DNA from: a virus
Direction: 5' to 3' (one strand)
Length of the DNA stretch: 64,000 nt
IMG/VR virus record: IMGVR_UViG_3300027733_000032
Shown in pieces: positions 57,587-64,000 of the stretch; position 1 is the first letter of the stretch; every line of letters starts with the position of its first letter. The position numbers and the translations under genes are program-made. The notes beneath the pieces are model-generated. The model was not told the origin of the DNA. It saw only the letters and a program-made list of their open reading frames with translations, and did no database searches.

Positions 57587-58897
57587 ATGTCAGAAGACAC
57601 TTCCCGCCTGAATGAACTGCAAAGCGCACTTCGTTCAAAAATGTCAGAAAACAAGGCTATTGCCGATTCATTCCAAATTGAAAACGGTACCGTCGTTGTT
57701 TCAACCGCCCAAAAGTCAGCCTTTGACGTCAACATGAAGGACATCAGAGAAATCAAGAGCCTCATCGAGGGTCTTGAAGGAATGCGCGATGTTGACGCAT
57801 GGGGTTCGGCTCCTCAGGGCTCGGTTGCTGGTGCAGCCGCCGCTGGTGGTTCGTACAGCAATAACACTCCTCAGTTCAAGTCAATCGGTGACGAATTCAT
57901 CCAGTCTGCTCAGTTCAAGAGCCTTGACGGTGGACGCAACGGTGCCAACATGGCTTCGCCGTTCATCACCACCAAGACACTTACTGGCGGCAACTACAAC
58001 GTGAAGGACGTCTACTCGGGTCTCCCCTCGTACGACCGCCCTTTCGGTGGAATCCAGCGTGACCCCATCGTCGTCCCCGCAATGCGTACAAAGCGCGTCC
58101 GTGACTTGTTCCCGGCCCGCACTACCACTGCCGCAATCATTGAATACTTCCGTATGACCGGTTTCGCAAACAACGCTGCTACAGTTGCACAGCGTAATAG
58201 CGACAACACCAACTTTGGTGTTAAGCCGCAATCATCCTTCACTTTCGTGGGTGAGCAGGCTCCGGTCCGCACCATCGCTCACTGGGAAGCAGCACACCGT
58301 AACGTTCTCGCCGATGAGCCGCAATTGCGTTCAATCATCGACAACGAATTGATGTACGGTCTCCGCTTGCAGGAAGATGCTCAGATTCTTTCCGGTAACG
58401 GTACTGGCGAAAACCTCCTTGGCGTTCTTAACACCACTGGTGTTCAGGAATACTCATGGTCGGACGGCGCTACCACTCCGGTTGCGGACAACAAGGCTGA
58501 CGCAATCCGCCGTGCCGCAACCCTCGCATTCCTTGCCTACTACGAGCCGACCGGCGTGGTTCTCCACCCGAACGACTGGGAAGACATCGAATTGTCGAAG
58601 GATGCCTACGGTCAGTACCTCGTGGCCGTTTCGGTGGCCCTTGGTGGCGAGCCCAAGTTGTGGCGCATCCCCGTCGTCGAAACTCCCGCCATCCCCGAAG
58701 GTACCGCTCTTGTCGGTGCATTCGGTACCGGCGCACAGTTGTACGACCGTGAGCAGGCCAGCATCCGCATCAGCGAACAGCACAGCGACTTCTTCGTCCG
58801 TAACGCCATTGTGGTGTTGGCCGAACAGCGTTTGGCTCTCGCAGTCAAGCGTCCGGAAGCCTTCGTTAAGATTGATTTCGACAGAGCCCCTGCCTGA
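57587..58897 (+). CDS. major capsid protein, HK97 fold
   Basis: N-terminal coiled-coil delta domain then QFKS; VRTIAHW, LxxQEDAQILSGNG.GENLLGVLN, VLHPNDW, LWRIPVVET, FVRNAIVVLAEQRLALAVKRPEAF. Confidence 0.95.
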   Translation: MSEDTSRLNELQSALRSKMSENKAIADSFQIENGTVVVSTAQKSAFDVNMKDIREIKSLIEGLEGMRDVDAWGSAPQGSVAGAAAAGGSYSNNTPQFKSIGDEFIQSAQFKSLDGGRNGANMASPFITTKTLTGGNYNVKDVYSGLPSYDRPFGGIQRDPIVVPAMRTKRVRDLFPARTTTAAIIEYFRMTGFANNAATVAQRNSDNTNFGVKPQSSFTFVGEQAPVRTIAHWEAAHRNVLADEPQLRSIIDNELMYGLRLQEDAQILSGNGTGENLLGVLNTTGVQEYSWSDGATTPVADNKADAIRRAATLAFLAYYEPTGVVLHPNDWEDIELSKDAYGQYLVAVSVALGGEPKLWRIPVVETPAIPEGTALVGAFGTGAQLYDREQASIRISEQHSDFFVRNAIVVLAEQRLALAVKRPEAFVKIDFDRAPA

Positions 58898-58930
58898 TAA
58901 ACGCCCTGGCGTAATTTAGTGAAGTAGGCG

Positions 58931-58968
58931 AACCCCCAGTACCGGTTAATCCCGGGCTGGGGGTTTTC
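58931..58968 (+). terminator. intrinsic terminator after the capsid gene
   Basis: aacccccag ... ctgggggtt stem followed by a T-run. Confidence 0.8.
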
Positions 58969-59223
58969 CATTAACGCACAAATGTGAGAAAGATTTATGG
59001 GACGTAAGTTCGAAACAGAAGATGACGACATGGATTGGCAAAATCTAGAAAAAGTCGCCAAGAATTTCAAAGGCTCAGCGGATGATATAGAAGAAATCAT
59101 CTATGAACTGGGACCAAAAAAGAAAAAGAAGAAACAGGTTGGTAAATACAATCTGAGAGACGATTTTTAACATTACTTTCATTAGTGTTGTAATGTATAA
59201 TTTATAATGACCAAGGAGTTGCG

Positions 59224-59706
59224 ATGCGCAAAAAAGACTTAATGTCGGCAATAATCATGATGGAAGGCTCAGGAGAGGGCAAACTGGTAAGCGCCTTAAA
59301 AGAAGCAATGGCAAATGCCGTAGTTTTGTATTTCACAGCCCATCGTGCTCACTGGAACGTTACTGGTCCTGATTTTTTTCAATACCATGCCCTATTTGCC
59401 GAAATCTATGAAGATATCTATGGTTCGATTGACCCATTTGCCGAAAACATACGCAAAATGCGAGCATTTCCTCCTGCACTAGGAGAAATGATGTCCCTGG
59501 CATCCATTTCAGACGACACCAAAGTGACCACACCACGCGAACTTGCTTCGGACTTTATGATGAAAAACACAGGCATGGTTCAACTTCTCAAAGATGTATT
59601 TACGGTCGCCGAGGATGCCAACGAGCAGGGTGTAGCGAACTTCATCGCTGAAAGAATTGACCAGCACGAAAAATGGGATTGGCAACTTCGCTCTTCCCTT
59701 GGCTAA
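59224..59706 (+). CDS. dps: Dps family DNA-protection/ferritin-like protein
   Basis: AHRAHWNVTGPDFFQYHALFAEIY...IDPFAENIR...HEKWDWQL ferroxidase signature. Confidence 0.92.
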   Translation: MRKKDLMSAIIMMEGSGEGKLVSALKEAMANAVVLYFTAHRAHWNVTGPDFFQYHALFAEIYEDIYGSIDPFAENIRKMRAFPPALGEMMSLASISDDTKVTTPRELASDFMMKNTGMVQLLKDVFTVAEDANEQGVANFIAERIDQHEKWDWQLRSSLG

Positions 59707-59713
59707 TTAAGGA

Positions 59714-61939
59714 ATGGACATTCACATGGATGACGTTGAGTTCAAAGCAGAGAAAACTATCTCATGCCCAATTGCCACTCAGGACATACCTGTCAACTTA
59801 AAAAATAGACAGAATGCAATTGATAACGGTGGATATGGTCCGCTCAATCCGACGCAGGCAAATAATGCTTTCTGGAAAAAGAAAGCGTCTCGCTGGAATG
59901 TGACAATCGGTGAGTCAAAGAAGCAACTATGTGGCAACTGTGCTGCCTTCATTCGCACCCCGAGAATGCTTGATTGTATTGATAAGGGTCTCGGCAATGA
60001 AAAAGGCAATGCTGCATGGGATGTAATTAATGCTGGCGAACTCGGATACTGCGAGGCCTTTGACTTCAAGTGTGCATCTGCTCGAACCTGTGATGCATGG
60101 ATTGTCGGCGGACCAATTACCAAGGAAAAAGGAAAGAAACAAGAAACAAAGAGTCTTGAAAATTTTCTATCCGTAGAAGAGGGTAATGCAATTGAATTTG
60201 TTGAGTCGCTAAGTAATCGTGAATTCGTGGCCCTGTTTCCAAATGAGTACACTGACGAGGCTAATGACGTCAAGTGGCTATTTGATGTTAGTTACGATTT
60301 TGCTGACCGTCTTATTAACTCTAGACATGCGGGCGCCATTTCATACAATGAAAAATCAGCAGAATTACGTGACCCAAAAGGTGGCCTAACCGCCGCTGGA
60401 CGCAAGTACTTTAATAACAAAGAGGGCTTAAATCTCAAGCCTGGAGTCAAGGGTCCGGCAGATACTCCGGAAAAAATGCGACGCAAAGGTTCATTCCTCG
60501 TTCGTTTCTTCACTAATCCTTCAGGTCCGATGCAGGACGACAAGGGCAACCCAACACGCCTTGCATTGTCTGCTTCGGCATGGGGGGAGCCAGTGCCAAA
60601 GACCGTAGCAGCAGCAGCAAAACTTGCAGCAAAAGGTAGCCGTCTTCTTGAGAGATATAAGAATCTCAAAGAAGCAAAAAAGAAGAAAGATGCTTTTGGT
60701 GACATAGAAATCAAAGAACTTGGTGCTCCTGTTGCTCGACAGGCGGGCACTGTAGGTCAATCAAATGCGCCACGCAAACCGCAGACAATTGGCGGTCGTG
60801 GTGGTGGTTCTCCTGACGAGAACTATGACCCCAATTCGCGAGACGCAGATGGCGATGGCAGCGTTCAAGAGGGTACAGATTTCATGCGTTCCGCACAGCC
60901 TCGTCAAGGAACCGCCGACTCGATGGAACGTAATACCCCTAGAGCAGCAACACTCCCCGCCAAACCCCCTACTGCAGCAAAGGTCCCCGCTAAACCCTCT
61001 GTAGCCGCAACACTCCCCGCCAACCCTCCTGTCAAGCCGACAGTTTCTGGAAATATTGACTTAAGCAAGCGCAAGCCAGTGACGTTACCAAGTGGGGAAC
61101 AGGCAACAGTAAGAAGCATATCAGTCGGATTCGATGATGGTGAAGTCCTCATTCCAACTATTGGGCCCAATGGAGAAAATTGGGACCCTGATACGGATGA
61201 GGGTTACGATGCCGCGGTGTCGCACTATAAAAAAACCGGTCAACACTTGGGTAAATTCAAAACACCAGACGAGGCTACGGCGTACGGCGAGTGGCTACAT
61301 AATCAAGAGGCAGTACGTATTGGTGAGACTCCAGACCCACCCGCTAACACAACCAGTCGGACCTGGCAAACAGACACAGGCTCGGCGGATACCCGTGAAC
61401 GTGGAATAATTCGCGAAGACCTTGAGAAAAGAGGCTTTGACGGCGAGGCATTCAGGAAATTCGTAGATGCGGAATCGCGCAAACTCAAGCCGGGTCAGAA
61501 GACAAACTGGAATCCTGGCCGTTTGCCCAATGGTGGCAAGATTGCCGCTGATGGAACCTACATTCCGCCAGACATGGTTCGTGAAGACGACAAGCGCGTA
61601 AGCGACTATTACCGCAATCGACGTGACGAGAAAAAACCAAATCGCCCGCAAGGTAGTGCCGACAGCATGGAACGGCAAGCCGAGAACGATGAACGGAACA
61701 GAACCGGACGAGGACAGGGCTACGACAAGATTAATTCTCAGGCAGAAATGGATGCCTATAGAGCATCGATGGGATTGCCCTCAATCCCATTTAAGCCAAA
61801 GCCATCGGTTGGTTCGCCAATCGCTCCGAATAAGCCAAAGCCTTCGCTCCTCATGCCTGATTTGCCCAAAAAACCTCGCACCGGATGGCTTTCCCCATAT
61901 TTTGCTGGTGACTATGCCGATGATGAAGGTGGCTATTGA
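59714..61939 (+). CDS. mosaic virion-associated protein (Cys-rich CP.AT.D domain, DUF6321-like, DxDxDG module, low-complexity tail)
   Basis: CPIATQD..NLKNRQ...CGNC...GYC..FDFKCASARTCDAW; DPKGGLTAAGRKY..NLKP; RDADGDGSVQEG; AATLPAKP repeats. Confidence 0.7.
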   Translation: MDIHMDDVEFKAEKTISCPIATQDIPVNLKNRQNAIDNGGYGPLNPTQANNAFWKKKASRWNVTIGESKKQLCGNCAAFIRTPRMLDCIDKGLGNEKGNAAWDVINAGELGYCEAFDFKCASARTCDAWIVGGPITKEKGKKQETKSLENFLSVEEGNAIEFVESLSNREFVALFPNEYTDEANDVKWLFDVSYDFADRLINSRHAGAISYNEKSAELRDPKGGLTAAGRKYFNNKEGLNLKPGVKGPADTPEKMRRKGSFLVRFFTNPSGPMQDDKGNPTRLALSASAWGEPVPKTVAAAAKLAAKGSRLLERYKNLKEAKKKKDAFGDIEIKELGAPVARQAGTVGQSNAPRKPQTIGGRGGGSPDENYDPNSRDADGDGSVQEGTDFMRSAQPRQGTADSMERNTPRAATLPAKPPTAAKVPAKPSVAATLPANPPVKPTVSGNIDLSKRKPVTLPSGEQATVRSISVGFDDGEVLIPTIGPNGENWDPDTDEGYDAAVSHYKKTGQHLGKFKTPDEATAYGEWLHNQEAVRIGETPDPPANTTSRTWQTDTGSADTRERGIIREDLEKRGFDGEAFRKFVDAESRKLKPGQKTNWNPGRLPNGGKIAADGTYIPPDMVREDDKRVSDYYRNRRDEKKPNRPQGSADSMERQAENDERNRTGRGQGYDKINSQAEMDAYRASMGLPSIPFKPKPSVGSPIAPNKPKPSLLMPDLPKKPRTGWLSPYFAGDYADDEGGY
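60942..61032 (+). repeat. intragenic 30-nt tandem repeat (AATLPAKPPT x3)
   Basis: gcagcaacactccccgccaaaccccct / gcagcaaaggtccccgctaaaccctct / gccgcaacactccccgccaaccctcct. Confidence 0.75.
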
Positions 61940-62343
61940 TGATTAATCCATACTGGTACACAGGAAAAGTTCTCAATGTCGTAGACGGAGATACCGTTGA
62001 CTTAATGGTCGACCTTGGTTTTAGTGTCCACCACAAAATCCGTGTACGCCTATACGGAATCAACACACCCGAATCACGCACCAAAGACGCAGCCGAAAAA
62101 GAAATGGGACTCAAGGCTAAGGAATTTACGAAAGATTGGCTACACAACCACGAGACCGTTTTTATTAAAACCATCGTTGACAAGAACGAAAAGTACGGTC
62201 GTGTACTTGCAGAACTCTACTCATCGGGCGACATCGAATCACCAACAACCGCATGCCTCAACAAAGACATCGTTGGCGCAGGATATGCACGCGAATACTT
62301 CGGTGTTGGCGACAAGACATGGACTGAATTCAAAACCAAATAA
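61936..62343 (+). CDS. staphylococcal nuclease (SNase/thermonuclease) family protein
   Basis: VVDGDTV...VRLYGINTPE...KYGRVLA. Confidence 0.9.
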   Translation: MMINPYWYTGKVLNVVDGDTVDLMVDLGFSVHHKIRVRLYGINTPESRTKDAAEKEMGLKAKEFTKDWLHNHETVFIKTIVDKNEKYGRVLAELYSSGDIESPTTACLNKDIVGAGYAREYFGVGDKTWTEFKTK

Positions 62344-62385
62344 AAGTTTGGGTTGACCAAGACTTGCTTACTGGAGGAAAATAAA

Positions 62386-63093
62386 ATGGCAGCACAAAAA
62401 GGTATTGGAGTTGTTTTTCATTGCTCAGACTGTGACCCCTATGAAGTGAGGTCTTACGGTTGGGGTGGTGAATGGCAAGGTTCAGACTGTGGCTATCACG
62501 CACTTACCGAAAACGCCAGAAAGTACATCCACGCTCACCCTGAAGAGAACCACACGTTTGAAGACATGATTGCCTTAGAGGTGGGAGACGAAGTAGTACC
62601 AGTACTCATTGATTTGGGAAACAAAATAGAATCAGGCTATGAAATAGTAAAAGATGGCGTAATCGATGCCTACCATTGGGTGGATGAAAACGGCTGCAAC
62701 ATAGCAGTGACTGCAGCAATCTCGGCTGGGGTTATTGCATATTTTACGCCAGCACAACCCGCAGGTGCAGCAACATCAACCACTCTATCAATTATGGCAC
62801 AGCCGTTTCTTTATGTTGCAGATATGGCAACCAAGGCCGTGGCAGTAGCGGCAATGAGCGAAATCATAACGGAAGGATTTTTACTAATACCATTCGTTAG
62901 TGAGAGTATTGACCACACGCTATTAAAAAACATAATCTCGAACTGTTTAGCGAAAAGTTTAGATTCAGCAGCATTATGGGCAACGCCAGCGGGTGTTGGT
63001 ATTGCAATCGGAGCAGCAGTTGCACCTGTTATCGCAGATTTGATATGCAAAAAAACTTGTCCTGAAGGATTTACTAAAGCGTTTAATGCGTAA
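62386..63093 (+). CDS. hypothetical protein with a hydrophobic C-terminal half
   Basis: GGAGG SD before ATG 62386 (track TTG 62353); Ala-rich hydrophobic helices. Confidence 0.6.
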   Translation: MAAQKGIGVVFHCSDCDPYEVRSYGWGGEWQGSDCGYHALTENARKYIHAHPEENHTFEDMIALEVGDEVVPVLIDLGNKIESGYEIVKDGVIDAYHWVDENGCNIAVTAAISAGVIAYFTPAQPAGAATSTTLSIMAQPFLYVADMATKAVAVAAMSEIITEGFLLIPFVSESIDHTLLKNIISNCLAKSLDSAALWATPAGVGIAIGAAVAPVIADLICKKTCPEGFTKAFNA

Positions 63094-63140
63094 TGCAGAA
63101 TACGGAGCCTGTAAATGAAAGTTTGGATTGACCAAGACCT

Positions 63141-63977
63141 ATGTTGAGCGTTCCTGACCACATTGTGAAGCCGCCGTACGCAGAGACTGGCAAGGTCACG
63201 CGCTGGCAGGAATCTGCTGTGAAGTCCCCTGAAATTATTGAACGCATGCGCATTGCGTGTTCTGCTGCTGCCGAAGTACTACGCCTTGCAGGAGAATTTG
63301 TTCGTCCAGGAATAACCACCGATGAAATTGATGTGTATGTGCATAACTTGTGCATTGAGCGTGGTGCATACCCGAGCCCATTGAATTATTCGGGCTATCC
63401 AAAGAGTGTGTGCACTTCAGTGAACGAAGTGATTTGTCATGGAATTCCCGATTCACGCGTGTTGCAAGACGGTGACATCATTAATCTTGATGTCACCACA
63501 TACATGAATGGCGTTCATGGCGACACCAATGCAACATTTGCGGTAGGCGAGATTGACGACGAGAGCCGCAACCTAATTTCTGTAACCGAAGAGTGCACAT
63601 GGCGCGGCATTGAAGCCGTTGTTCCTGGTCGCCCACTAAGTGACATTGGAAAAGCCATTGAAACCCGAGCAAAACAAGACCAAATGAGCGTTATTCGCGC
63701 CTTTATTGGTCACGGTATTGGCGAGCAGTTCCACACCGATATTCAGGTGCTGCACTACTACGACAAGAGCAACAATACAATAATGCGACCTGGCATGACA
63801 TTCACGATTGAGCCGATGATTTCACTTGGCACATGGCAGTACCGCATGTGGAACGACGGCTGGACAGCAGTCACTGCAGACGGCAAGCGCACCGCGCAAT
63901 TTGAACACACCGTGTTGGTCACTGAAACTGGTGTTGATGTATTGACAGGTGGACCAATCACCAAAGGGAAAAAATGA
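63141..63977 (+). CDS. map: type I methionine aminopeptidase
   Basis: GAYPSPLNY.GYPKSVCTSVNEVICHGIP, DIINLDVT..HGDT, GHGIG..FH, FTIEPMI, AQFEHT. Confidence 0.95.
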   Translation: MLSVPDHIVKPPYAETGKVTRWQESAVKSPEIIERMRIACSAAAEVLRLAGEFVRPGITTDEIDVYVHNLCIERGAYPSPLNYSGYPKSVCTSVNEVICHGIPDSRVLQDGDIINLDVTTYMNGVHGDTNATFAVGEIDDESRNLISVTEECTWRGIEAVVPGRPLSDIGKAIETRAKQDQMSVIRAFIGHGIGEQFHTDIQVLHYYDKSNNTIMRPGMTFTIEPMISLGTWQYRMWNDGWTAVTADGKRTAQFEHTVLVTETGVDVLTGGPITKGKK

Positions 63978-64000
63978 GAGTATGGATTGACCAACACATT

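Noticed and set aside
59224-64000. Host chromosome flank (dps, map) marking a prophage boundary
   Set aside because: The genes are interleaved with clearly phage-type ORFs (DxDxDG protein, phage SNase), and no integrase or att site is visible; cannot be fully excluded at the window edge
1-64000. tRNA/rRNA genes or stop-codon reassignment
   Set aside because: No cloverleaf or rRNA-like segments recognised; very long ORFs are intact under the standard code

Overview
The window is part of a large tailed dsDNA phage genome with an HK97-fold capsid. The host is probably an actinobacterium; this is inferred from domain content only. Bases ~650-8400 are mostly a minus-strand block: ParB-like protein, RuvC, two decoration-like paralogues, HNH nuclease, PD-(D/E)XK exonuclease, Rad52/Sak recombinase and terminase large subunit. 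Transcribed divergently from it is a plus-strand head operon: portal, prohead protease, then ~45 kb of giant multidomain genes (3430, 3435, 1070, 677, 1753 and 3273 aa), then the major capsid gene, followed by Dps, a SNase-family nuclease and methionine aminopeptidase. The main candidate novel system has three parts. (1) The giant proteins look like virion-packaged polyproteins. About 40 G-M-x-S motifs sit at the boundaries between effector modules (NUDIX, HipA/PI3K-like kinase, KTSC, pentapeptide repeats, RelA/SpoT synthetase, zeta toxin-like kinase, ArdC, ART-like, ParB-like, zincin, papain-like), suggesting proteolytic release of a cassette arsenal. (2) The giants share an N-terminal module: xK-(G/S) putative maturation site, then GLG, then a DxDxDG motif. 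It may be a capsid-targeting signal. (3) A textbook -1 ribosomal frameshift signal (A_AAA_AAA, 7-nt spacer, 8-bp stem) would fuse the prohead protease to the first 3430-aa giant. Domain calls come from motif recognition, not database searches.
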